Assembly (NCBI RefSeq): GCF_003945235.1
Contig: NZ_RSDW01000001.1
Coordinates: 1,350,001 to 1,382,000 of the forward strand
Source of the DNA: Edaphobacter aggregans
GTDB taxonomy: Bacteria; Acidobacteriota; Terriglobia; Terriglobales; Acidobacteriaceae
DNA: 32,000 bases
Direction of reading: 5' to 3'
Position 1 is the first letter of the stretch; the number at the start of each line of letters is the position of its first letter. Position numbers and translations under genes: made by a program. Positions 1 through 8,319 of this stretch are shown here, in pieces. The notes beneath the pieces were generated by a model. The model was not told the DNA's origin. It did no database searches and saw nothing but the letters and a program-made list of their open reading frames with translations.

Positions 1-62
1 ATAGAAAGGATTCGTCAGATATGTCAAGCGTTTATTTCGAATTGTGTTCGTAGAGTGGACAA

Positions 63-127
63 CCACTGCTTCTAGAGAGGTCGACCACTGCAAACGCTAC
101 TTAGTTTCAGTGTTTCAAGGCCACTGC
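63..127. repeat. Three exact copies of the heptamer CCACTGC (63-69, 85-91, 121-127) in non-coding DNA downstream of the VWA gene
   Basis: Read directly as aaCCACTGCt, gaCCACTGCa and ggCCACTGCt, with start-to-start spacing of 22 and 36 nt. On the minus strand (GCAGTGG) they lie upstream of a perfect TTGACA hexamer (complement of 22-27) that points out of the left window edge. Confidence 0.5.
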
Positions 128-213
128 TGATAGCAATCAGGAATGCTGGCATCGTCCATAAATCCCACTCTTCGACGTTCGCTGGCGATCTACGTGATCG
201 TTTTTCATCTTTG

Positions 214-2379
214 TCACCGTATCAGCATGATTGAGCCTTGCCAAAACGCGACTTTCTGCCCCGTCGGGTCGAGGACGTTTACTTGACACTCATACCGTCC
301 GAGCGCAAGTTCACCGAGCCTGATATTGAAGCCGATTGGTGTTACGCCTAGCCGACTACCCGGTTGTGGTGTCACAGCAATTGGGCCAGTCTCAAACGCC
401 TTCTTCTGATCCCGATAGAAACTTACAAAGGCGATCAGTGGCGCGACGGGTTTTGCAGGCGCGGGGTTCGCGGCGGTTGCTATTGTGCTGCTTGTTGGGT
501 TGCCTTCATACGCCTGTAGATATACATAAAGTTCACGGTCTGTGCTGAAGACCCGCGTCACGCTTGGAATCAGTTTGAGACCATCTTTCACGAGTGGATT
601 GGCCGCATCGTTCTTAGCCGCTTCCTTCCCCTTGGTCGCGTTATAGAGGGCGTCCTTCATGTCGACGCGCTGGTTGCTTAGCACAACCGAACTGATGGGA
701 ACACGCTTTGTTTCCTTGTTTAGGTTCGGGATGATGAAGGTTGTCTGATAGGTGCCGATTCGTCCCGTCTCGTCGTCGCGCGCTAAAAATTTGACCGAGT
801 ATCTTCCGGGAGTGAGAGTGAATCCGGCGTCGTACTCGATCGGTCTTCGAGCCAACTCCGCGGCTGTGGAATCACTCAGCTTGATGTTGACGTTGTCCCG
901 AACATTGGTGACAGTTACGCCACCTACCTCGTCTTTGATCTCGCAAACGAAGTCGATCAGCGTGTGCTCTGCTCCGAAGCGTTTCGCCAAGGCGAGTTCG
1001 CCTCCGGGAATCTTCACAACAATGGGCACGAAGTATTCAGCGCGATTGAGCTGAAAATAATTGATCTCCATCGCGATCGTGAGATCTGTAATCGGGTCGC
1101 CCAGCATTAAGGCGTCCTCGAGCTGTCGCTCCTTGTCGGTTGGCGTGAAGTGGCTGAACTCTTTATTCGCGTAGTAGCCCTGGCGGTATTCGAGGTTGGC
1201 TTCGAGCGCGGAATCGACAGTTATCTTTACCTTCCGAAACCGTCCATTCTGCGCGGTGTTGGTCGTATAGTAGCCCACGATGTAATAGTCCGAGATTGCG
1301 CGCTGTGCTTGTACCACTCCTTTTGTGAGGTCGTTGTTGTCGAAGAGCGCTTTGCCTCCGGTATCGGCAGCCAGTGCGAACATTGTGTCCTGCGACCGCT
1401 GGAACTTGTCGGTTACAGCTTGTGCGGCCGCGCCGGAATACATTCCCTGATTGCCAGGCGAGCCCTGAGTCGCATCTCCGAGAGGAGCCTGCGCTACCAG
1501 GCCGCGCGCATCTATCGGCCAGAATGAAACTCCTGCCCGTATTGCAGCATCGATGGTTGCGTGCAGTTGCGCCTGATTATCGACGCCATTCAGGCGCAGG
1601 CCACTCGCGAAGTAGATGAGAGATTTTTTCTCGCTCATTTGGCCGAGCATCTTCGCAGCGGTTTGTAGTGCGGAGAGCTGGCGGTCCGTGTTGAAGATGT
1701 TGAACTCGCTGTCATCCTGTCCGAAGGCTGCCCCTGTATCGGCGCTACTGGCATCATCGATAGAGTCTGCGGAGCCCTGGCCTTCGCCGATGACCAATGT
1801 CTGCAGGATGCTCAGTAGCCGGTTGCGGTCCGCTGTAAAATCCTGCAGCACATCGACGGATCCACCGCCGTAACGCAGAATCGAGATGAGGTCTGCAGGG
1901 GTCATCTGCGTTCGCACAAACTTTTCCGCCGCGGCCAGAGCGCGAACCTGGTCTTGAGGCGGCATGGCCGTCATGTCGAAGTAAAGGGCCAGCAGGCGAT
2001 GATTCTTATACTGTGTGCGACCCGGATCTTCTGGTGCAATCTGCGTGTGGGTCAGCCGCTTGTAAAGGGTGATTTGTTCCTCGTCCGCTGGTGTTATCGG
2101 CAATGGATCGGCTGTAAGAGGCAGCTCCTGATGGTCGCAGAAGCGGATTGTCTGAGGCGTACCGTCTTCGGTTACGGTGAAGTCTTTGGCCGTTAGTCCG
2201 TTGATGAAGTTGCCCTTTTTGTCTTTCACGACGACGGTCTCAACTACTAACTGCGATTTGACCGAAAGGGTGTAGGCGCCGTTTTGAGTGGGTGTTGCAT
2301 TGGTGCCGATCTGCTGAGCAGCACCAGACTGTCCAACTCCAAGAGCCGTGGCAAGCAGCAATCCTTTCAACAGACGCAT
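214..2379 (-). CDS. Secreted VWA (von Willebrand factor A) domain protein, acidobacterial VWFA-related (TIGR03436-like) family
   Basis: The ORF is 721 aa with a signal peptide (MRLLKGLLLATALGVGQSGAAQQ). The N-terminal stretch LVVETVVVKDKKGNFINGLTAKDFTVTEDGTPQTIRF is typical of this family, and a VWA-like core follows. The expected MIDAS position reads LLALYFDMTAM (DxTxM, non-canonical). The ATG lies 2 nt after the stop of the upstream barrel gene. Confidence 0.8.
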   Translation of the reverse strand: MRLLKGLLLATALGVGQSGAAQQIGTNATPTQNGAYTLSVKSQLVVETVVVKDKKGNFINGLTAKDFTVTEDGTPQTIRFCDHQELPLTADPLPITPADEEQITLYKRLTHTQIAPEDPGRTQYKNHRLLALYFDMTAMPPQDQVRALAAAEKFVRTQMTPADLISILRYGGGSVDVLQDFTADRNRLLSILQTLVIGEGQGSADSIDDASSADTGAAFGQDDSEFNIFNTDRQLSALQTAAKMLGQMSEKKSLIYFASGLRLNGVDNQAQLHATIDAAIRAGVSFWPIDARGLVAQAPLGDATQGSPGNQGMYSGAAAQAVTDKFQRSQDTMFALAADTGGKALFDNNDLTKGVVQAQRAISDYYIVGYYTTNTAQNGRFRKVKITVDSALEANLEYRQGYYANKEFSHFTPTDKERQLEDALMLGDPITDLTIAMEINYFQLNRAEYFVPIVVKIPGGELALAKRFGAEHTLIDFVCEIKDEVGGVTVTNVRDNVNIKLSDSTAAELARRPIEYDAGFTLTPGRYSVKFLARDDETGRIGTYQTTFIIPNLNKETKRVPISSVVLSNQRVDMKDALYNATKGKEAAKNDAANPLVKDGLKLIPSVTRVFSTDRELYVYLQAYEGNPTSSTIATAANPAPAKPVAPLIAFVSFYRDQKKAFETGPIAVTPQPGSRLGVTPIGFNIRLGELALGRYECQVNVLDPTGQKVAFWQGSIMLIR

Positions 2380-2381
2380 CG

Positions 2382-5300
2382 CTAAAACCTCAGGCGGCCC
2401 GTCAACTGCAGGCTCCGCATGGAATTGGCCGCACTCGGCAGCCCAAAGGTCGTGCTATTCACCGTTGTGTTCCATGAGGTGAAGACTGTGTGGTTCAACA
2501 AGTTTGTAGCATCCATCCGAACGTCGAGATGAAGCGGATCGCGAAGCCGAAATGTGCGCTGCAGCGCTGCATCGAGGCTGAACTGGCTTGGGCCAGTGAT
2601 GGAGTTTCGTCGTGCGGTTCCCCACTGTCCTACAACCGGCGCGCTGTACGCCGCCACATTCAGAAAATATCCAGCTGAAGCCTGATAGATTGGCGCTCCC
2701 GTAAGGTCTGGCCTGATCGTTCCGGTTACCCCCGTTCGCGGCACGATTGCCAGGTAGACCGGCGTCTCTGGTAAACCACTGCCGGCCGAGATCTGTGTCA
2801 GCACAGTCCACTGCTTCAGCAGCGTTCCTCTCCATCCGCTCAGCAGCGTCCCGCCGCCCATTCCCATCCCGCTTGTGTACTGAATCTGTGCCTTCACGAG
2901 GTGACGCTGATCGAGGGTAGAGAGCCCTCGCTCGGCACGCAGATCAAGCCAGTTTTGTGCGATGGTGGGCGGCGGTGCGCTTGGCTGGCTTTCCGCTCCC
3001 GCTGTCGTTGCTGTCGCTGTCACATGCCCTGTCGCGCCAACCTGCGAATCGTTGTCGAGCGCCTTCGCGAACGTGTAGTCCACAGTCGCGGTAAAACCGC
3101 TGCGAAGTCTCCGCCTTAACTGAATTTGTCCGGATTGTCGCGTCGAGTTTCCGTTCGACGTCCTATAGATAAAGCCAACCGGGCAGTCCAGGCAGGGGTT
3201 CTCGGCACCGATGGGATACGTGTTCGGCAAAAACTCCTGCATCCCATGGGTGCCCTTGTTCCCGAGGTATGTCGCAGTCATCACCATCGCTCCGGGGAGA
3301 TCTCGCTGCGCAATCAACTGCCACGTCTGCACGTAGCCCACTCGCAGATTTGGATCGACCGCAAAGGTGTTTGCCGTAGTTCCTGCACAGTTGATGAAAC
3401 CGTTCGCGAGCGTCAACGGGCACCCCGTGCTATTCGCTGCGCTGACGCTCGTCGAGAGCGGCGACTGTTGCGACATCGATTCGGCGCTCGATAGGTATAT
3501 CGAAGTATCGCGATAGATGCCGTACCCTCCTCGTATTACCAGCGTCGACGCTGGCAGAGGCCGCCACGAGATACCGATCCGTGGCTCAAATCCTCTCTTA
3601 TCCGGACGAATGAGCGAGCTTGGATACTCAGTGCCAGTCCGCAGGCCAGTGGGGCTACTCCCTAACACAGGCGCAATCGCCGTGAACCCAGGTGTGATAT
3701 CCAGATTTACAAGCCTGCCATACAGTTCGGTCATCGGGGCACCGTACTCCCAGCGCATGCCAGCGTTGATCGTGAGCTCCGGTCGCAGCCTCCAGTCATC
3801 GGTGATGTAGGCGTCGTACGCGGATTGCCGAAAGTACTTATCGGGATTGCCGTATGCTACGGCACTGGTATCGGGAACGCCAAAGAGGAAGTCCGCCAGA
3901 TCGGAACCGCTTGCCGTGGCAGGGGTTGCCGATGTGCTGCCTCGTGCCTGCGTCGCCGCGCCGGTAAACGTAAACGACCCGCGAGGGTTCTGCTGCGAAA
4001 ACTCGTTGAACTCCTGCCTGCGAAAGTCTCCGCCAAAGGTAACGGTATGGTGTCGTTGCGTGGTGGATATGTTCAGCGACACTGCATCTGTTCGGTTGCG
4101 ATTGAACAGACTCTGAGCGTCGGTGAGCGTTGCTATTCCGCCTGAAAACATGAGGCTCGGCGGTCCCCAGTTCATCGGATCTTGATCGTTGCCTGTTATG
4201 CCGGCATTGCCTGAGATGTTTTCGCGTCCCTGGAACTCGGGCCGTACTTCTGTTCGTAGGCGGCTAAAGCGATATCCCAGCAGTGCGAAATATTGATGAC
4301 GAAACCGGTGTGACCAGTTCATGTTTGTGTCGATTCCTAACGTGTTTGTCGTATCGCGAAAGTTGAACAGGTTTGCGGAGTCGCTACGCAAGCTGCGAAA
4401 TCCAAAGCCGCCGTACACCTGATCTTTTCGTCCGATCGTCTTGTCCAGCCGCGACTGCAACGCATCCGCATGTGTATTGTTCAGCACCTGCGTCTGGTAG
4501 TTGTAGCGGGAATTGTCCGCGAGGTTCGGCAGTGGATAGAGCTTCAGCAGCGACTGCGCTTGCGCGCTGACCGGGATCAGTCCAGTAAACGGCAAGCCGT
4601 TCGTAGGGTTGTATATCTTCACCGGCTGTCCCTGCGCGTCCAGGAGGCCAGAGAGATCGCCGTTCCTCTCCGCCGCAGTCGGCACCAAGCCGGACTCGAT
4701 TACCGCATCGTGGTTCCGCGTCCCCTGGTATCCGACGAAGAAGGTCGGTCCGTGATACATCAGGTGTGGAATGTTGAGCGGGCCTCCTAGCGTGAACATC
4801 GTCGTCAAACGACTGTATGACGCTTTTGGCAAAGGCAGCCCCGCCAGTGCATAGGGCCGCGCGTCAAAGATGGAGTTGCCGACGGTTGCACCGATTCCCC
4901 CGGTGTAGAGGCTCTTCGTGCCTGGTCGGCGATTGCCGAATGCAGGCGTCAACGAGTACTTCGAGGTTGCAGCATTACTCTCACTGCCATTAATCAACAG
5001 TCCGTCGCTCGGTCGATCTACGGTGCCATCCTGTGGACGCGGGGCTTCCGGAACGCTCGCCTCGTCCTGCTTTGGCGCGTCCTTCCGTATTGCTTCACCT
5101 GTATCAGGGGGCCGAGTCTTGAGCGGTTGCTTGCTCTCTGACGTCGTTACCCCTATCTCGGCCAGCATCTGGTCGAGCCCGAGAAGTTTCAACTCCCATG
5201 AATCCTGTGGGGCATCCGCGGCCACCTTGACTTCGCCCTCAAGCGCCGAGAAGCCGCGCATCTCGATCCGGATCTTCCACGTTCCATCGGGAAGGTCTGC

Positions 5301-5504
5301 GAACTCATACAGGCCCTGTCGGTCAGTAACGGTCGAAAAGCGATTGGTGCCCTGCGTCATAAGCACCGTAGCTCCGGGCACAGGTACGCCGCCGCAGAAG
5401 ACCTGCCCGTGGAACTCCGAGGCTTCTGCCAGCGGTGCAACGTACAAAAGAGCGCAGGCACACAGAAGCCTCAACCCTCGGAGCCTTTGCCGTCGCGACT
5501 GCAT
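2382..5504 (-). CDS. Outer-membrane beta-barrel, CarboxypepD_reg-like domain plus TonB-dependent-receptor-like barrel (Oar-like)
   Basis: I place the start at Met24 of the tracked ORF, which gives a signal peptide (MQSRRQRLRGLRLLCACALLYVAPLAEA). A CarboxypepD_reg-like fold follows (FHGQVFCGGVPVPGATVLMTQG...DRQGLYEFADLPDGTWKIRIEMRGF), then a long Gly/Asn/Tyr-rich barrel ending in a C-terminal aromatic (..LTGRLRF). This start lies 4 nt after the blaR1-like stop, whereas the 5573 start would overlap that gene by 65 nt. Confidence 0.8.
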   Translation of the reverse strand: MQSRRQRLRGLRLLCACALLYVAPLAEASEFHGQVFCGGVPVPGATVLMTQGTNRFSTVTDRQGLYEFADLPDGTWKIRIEMRGFSALEGEVKVAADAPQDSWELKLLGLDQMLAEIGVTTSESKQPLKTRPPDTGEAIRKDAPKQDEASVPEAPRPQDGTVDRPSDGLLINGSESNAATSKYSLTPAFGNRRPGTKSLYTGGIGATVGNSIFDARPYALAGLPLPKASYSRLTTMFTLGGPLNIPHLMYHGPTFFVGYQGTRNHDAVIESGLVPTAAERNGDLSGLLDAQGQPVKIYNPTNGLPFTGLIPVSAQAQSLLKLYPLPNLADNSRYNYQTQVLNNTHADALQSRLDKTIGRKDQVYGGFGFRSLRSDSANLFNFRDTTNTLGIDTNMNWSHRFRHQYFALLGYRFSRLRTEVRPEFQGRENISGNAGITGNDQDPMNWGPPSLMFSGGIATLTDAQSLFNRNRTDAVSLNISTTQRHHTVTFGGDFRRQEFNEFSQQNPRGSFTFTGAATQARGSTSATPATASGSDLADFLFGVPDTSAVAYGNPDKYFRQSAYDAYITDDWRLRPELTINAGMRWEYGAPMTELYGRLVNLDITPGFTAIAPVLGSSPTGLRTGTEYPSSLIRPDKRGFEPRIGISWRPLPASTLVIRGGYGIYRDTSIYLSSAESMSQQSPLSTSVSAANSTGCPLTLANGFINCAGTTANTFAVDPNLRVGYVQTWQLIAQRDLPGAMVMTATYLGNKGTHGMQEFLPNTYPIGAENPCLDCPVGFIYRTSNGNSTRQSGQIQLRRRLRSGFTATVDYTFAKALDNDSQVGATGHVTATATTAGAESQPSAPPPTIAQNWLDLRAERGLSTLDQRHLVKAQIQYTSGMGMGGGTLLSGWRGTLLKQWTVLTQISAGSGLPETPVYLAIVPRTGVTGTIRPDLTGAPIYQASAGYFLNVAAYSAPVVGQWGTARRNSITGPSQFSLDAALQRTFRLRDPLHLDVRMDATNLLNHTVFTSWNTTVNSTTFGLPSAANSMRSLQLTGRLRF

Positions 5505-5508
5505 GATC

Positions 5509-7626
5509 TTAGTTCTCGGAGGGCTTCTCGACGTGGTCGAGCACAAGTACCTCAACCGATGCCTTACCCGCATCCAGCTTTAGCCCGATCTGCTCCTGAA
5601 TCGCCGTAAACAGTGGCGGAGGTGCATCGGCGGCATCGCTGGGTGGCGGTACCTTGATGCCCATGCCACCAAACTGTGATTCGTCAGGCGTCCACTTGAG
5701 TAGAAAATTCCACTTGCCCGCCAGGCCAGTCTGATCCACCACAGGACGATCGAGTACGGCGGACTGCAACAGTTGGGAGAAGTCTGCCATGGTGGCGTTT
5801 TGCACCGTGAGTACTCCCAAACCTCTAAAGAACAGAGCGGGCAGACCGTTTGGATCACCGTCACTCTTCTTGAGCTTTGATCCGCTCTTCGCCACGGTAA
5901 GAACATACGCGGAGAGCTCTTTCTTGTCGCGGTGGAACTTCAACTGGAACCGGTCGGCGAGCAACTTCTGCACCATGGTTCTCAGCTGTACGCGGTTCGG
6001 CGAACCTGGCGTATCAGGCTGGGCATCGATATCGAACTTCTCCGTCGCCATCCAATCCGGGCCGCCGATTACTTGCTTTGCCTGAACGTCGTAGGCGAAC
6101 GAGATAAGATCGCTCAATCTCGTGTTGATTGTCTTGAATCTGGCGGCCCGTACGCCAAACATTTTGCCCGGCTGATCGGGCTTGCTCGGTTTGATCGTCG
6201 CTACTTCAAAGCTCGGGTTGGCGTCGGCGGCCATCGGCGGAAGCTTCGGTGCAGGCTCGGGAATAGCCCACGCGGTCTCCGCCGTGGTCCGTTCGAAGAC
6301 GAGCGGTAGCGGTTTCGATCCCTGCGTCACTGAACCGGTGATCGACTTGCCATCCGAAGACATCTTGCCCTCGTATGTGAGGTCGAGCATCTCAATCGAA
6401 TACTTCAACACGGAACCTTCGAAGGTGGCGGTCGTGGCCGAAAGGGGCTGACCACCCTGATCGATGCTGTACATCGTGGCTTTAAGCGCGCCTGCGTCTG
6501 TCTTTGTGATCTTCAGCACGGTGCGCAGATCTTTCTGAGGGGCATGAAGCGTCCCCTGCCACGTATCGTCGATGCCTGTCTTCTCAGCAGCGGTCTGCGC
6601 ATACACTTCGCGCACATGGATCAGGCCAAAGACAACCGGCGCCGCCAACGCCAGCACCGCCGCCAGACCCAACAGCAGCTTTCGCCTCAGATCCAGCTCG
6701 CGTACTGCCTGGTTGGCCATAATGCGGACGATCCGCTTCTTCAGATCAGAGCCTGTCACTCCCGAAACACACGTCAAGGGTGCCTCCACATAGAACTTGC
6801 ATACATTTAGAATTCCTTCTGCATACGCGAGGGCTTCGCGGCTCGATTCGAGGACGGACTCATCACAGGCCCGTTCCCGTTCTTCGACAAGCCCAGTTCG
6901 TATCCACCAAACAGCTGGATGGAACCAAAATAAGGACTCCACAACCATGTGCAAGGCCGCAGTCAGGTTGTCTCGCCGCCGCACATGGCATAGCTCATGC
7001 GCAAGAATAGCATTCAGCTGTGGCGTACTTAGCCGGTCTGTAATACCTTCGGGCAGCAGCAGAACTGGTCGCAGAATGCCGAAAACTCCAGGCTCCACGC
7101 GCGTTGACGTCGACAACACGAGTACACCGCCCACCTGCATCACGGGTGAAGCCGTACGCACGACAGCACAAAGCTGCCACCAGCTTCGTCCCCAGCTAAC
7201 AAGCAAAAATAGCAATCCGCAACCCCATACTCCCAACAACAGCAGCGCGAGCCAGTCTTCATGCTGTTTCGCCGCTACCGGTGCGGAAATGATAGGAGAA
7301 GCGATTCGAAGAACCGCAGAGCCTGCCTTTGCAACGCCCACGCTTGCGGAGAAGGGTCCAGCAATATCCCCTATCACCGTCGAAAACGCAGTCTGAGCGG
7401 GGACAAACATTCGTGTCTGCAACCATTCGCCCGCGACGATCAGGATCGAAAACGGCACAAGAAACTTCGCAGAGGCCAGCAGCCAAAGCAGGTATCGCGT
7501 GCGCGCCTGGTTGCGACGCAACATAAGTGTCAGCAGCCAGGCAACCACGGCACACACTGTTGACTGCCAAAGGTGATTGACCACATCCGCCATCCAATAT
7601 CCAAGCGACTGAACAGGAAAGACCAT
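5509..7626 (-). CDS. BlaR1-family M56 zinc-metalloprotease signal transducer with a C-terminal TIGR03435-like (soil-associated) extracytoplasmic domain
   Basis: The ORF is 705 aa with an N-terminal multi-TM region and an HExxH motif (AHELCHVRRRD, aa 210-214). A further TM follows (KLLLGLAAVLALAAPVVFGL), then a beta-rich module (DDTWQGTLHAPQKDLRTVLKITKTDAGALKATMYS...). The tail is TIGR03435-like (PSFEVATIKPSKPD...FAYDV...IGGPDW...FDIDA...LLADRFQLKFHRDKKEL.AYVLTVAK). Its ATG overlaps the blaI-like stop (TAATG). Confidence 0.85.
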   Translation of the reverse strand: MVFPVQSLGYWMADVVNHLWQSTVCAVVAWLLTLMLRRNQARTRYLLWLLASAKFLVPFSILIVAGEWLQTRMFVPAQTAFSTVIGDIAGPFSASVGVAKAGSAVLRIASPIISAPVAAKQHEDWLALLLLGVWGCGLLFLLVSWGRSWWQLCAVVRTASPVMQVGGVLVLSTSTRVEPGVFGILRPVLLLPEGITDRLSTPQLNAILAHELCHVRRRDNLTAALHMVVESLFWFHPAVWWIRTGLVEERERACDESVLESSREALAYAEGILNVCKFYVEAPLTCVSGVTGSDLKKRIVRIMANQAVRELDLRRKLLLGLAAVLALAAPVVFGLIHVREVYAQTAAEKTGIDDTWQGTLHAPQKDLRTVLKITKTDAGALKATMYSIDQGGQPLSATTATFEGSVLKYSIEMLDLTYEGKMSSDGKSITGSVTQGSKPLPLVFERTTAETAWAIPEPAPKLPPMAADANPSFEVATIKPSKPDQPGKMFGVRAARFKTINTRLSDLISFAYDVQAKQVIGGPDWMATEKFDIDAQPDTPGSPNRVQLRTMVQKLLADRFQLKFHRDKKELSAYVLTVAKSGSKLKKSDGDPNGLPALFFRGLGVLTVQNATMADFSQLLQSAVLDRPVVDQTGLAGKWNFLLKWTPDESQFGGMGIKVPPPSDAADAPPPLFTAIQEQIGLKLDAGKASVEVLVLDHVEKPSEN

Positions 7627-8009
7627 TATTTCTTCCCCTTTCTCGCCACTTTCTGCAATACCTTTTCCGCTTCCTTCACGTCCTCCAGCGACAGCTTGCC
7701 CGATTCGATAAGGTGGGCCATCACCGGCTGGCTGTTCCCTCCGAAAAAGCCCAACAGATCGTCGATCAGCCGCCGCTGTACCGACTCACGAGAAATCGCA
7801 GCAGCGAAGACGTGGAAATTTCCCACCTTCTTCACCCTGCGAACAATCTCCTTCGCCTCCATCCGATAAACGGTCGTCTGAATGGTCGTATAGGCGGGGA
7901 CTTGTTTAGCCGGAAACGTCTCCTGGATCTCACGAATAGATAAGTCTCCCCGGCTCCACAAAGCCTCCATGATCTGGAATTCAAGCTTCGACAGTTTGTT
8001 GTCAGGCAA
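7626..8009 (-). CDS. BlaI/MecI/CopY-family winged-helix transcriptional repressor
   Basis: The ORF is 127 aa. The N-terminus LSKLEFQIMEALWSRGDLSIREIQETF...AYTTIQTTVYRMEAKEIVRR matches the penicillinase-repressor family pattern. It uses a TTG start preceded by AGGAGA with about 5-6 nt spacing, and it sits immediately upstream of the M56 protease gene. Confidence 0.85.
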   Translation of the reverse strand: MPDNKLSKLEFQIMEALWSRGDLSIREIQETFPAKQVPAYTTIQTTVYRMEAKEIVRRVKKVGNFHVFAAAISRESVQRRLIDDLLGFFGGNSQPVMAHLIESGKLSLEDVKEAEKVLQKVARKGKK

Positions 8010-8033
8010 GGGAGTCTCCTACGGTTGTCCTAT

Positions 8034-8062
8034 TTTCTACTACACATGTTTGCGCATGGCAA
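8034..8062 (-). promoter_or_regulatory. Candidate sigma70-type promoter of the blaI operon with an embedded BlaI/CopY-type operator (TACAnnTGTA-like)
   Basis: On the minus strand the sequence reads TTGCCA (8062-8057), a 17-nt spacer, then TAGAAA (8039-8034). The spacer contains the plus-strand TACACATGTT at 8041-8050, which matches TACAnnTGTA at 7 of 8 defined positions. The site lies about 30 nt upstream of the TTG start. Confidence 0.35.
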
Positions 8063-8164
8063 GACATTTAAAAATTGACTCCTTCATCAGGTCGGTTGGC
8101 GATAATCAATCTCTGGTCTTCTGGCGTCGCGTATAACTCAGTTACGTGAGCGCTCAGAAATAAA

Positions 8165-8209
8165 CCCAAGAAAAGAACGCCCTTCCTAGCCCAGGGGGGC
8201 GGAAGAGCG
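8165..8209 (-). terminator. Rho-independent terminator of the 8320-11574 barrel gene
   Basis: On the minus strand CGCTCTTCC (8209-8201) pairs with GGAAGGGCG (8186-8178), giving 9 bp with one G-U. The loop is 14 nt and is followed by TTCTTTTCTTGGGTTTATTT. The hairpin lies about 110 nt after the stop codon. Confidence 0.55.
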
Positions 8210-8319
8210 TCGAAAATAGTGAAGCGAGCTAGATTTAGTTCCCCGTAGCGGATGTGTTGAGGGGGAGCAGGAGTCTCAAGACGGGCAGCATGGAAGGCAG
8301 CGTTGCGTCGTTGTAGACG

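Noticed and set aside
5505-5573. An N-terminal extension of the first barrel protein, with the start at 5573 (MRVRHRLRYLCSTTSRSPPRTKI...).
   Set aside because: The extension overlaps the blaR1-like gene by 65 nt and precedes a perfectly good signal peptide starting at Met24 (5504). I therefore used the shorter start.
4918-5583. A 221-aa plus-strand ORF, and many similar long ORFs antisense to the large minus-strand genes (for example 8530-9168, 6797-7396, 9343-9861, 23690-24334, 25203-25703, 13458-13880).
   Set aside because: They lie entirely inside well-supported genes on the opposite strand. They have Arg/Ser/Pro/Cys-rich low-complexity composition typical of GC-rich antisense frames, and no recognisable motifs or ribosome-binding sites.
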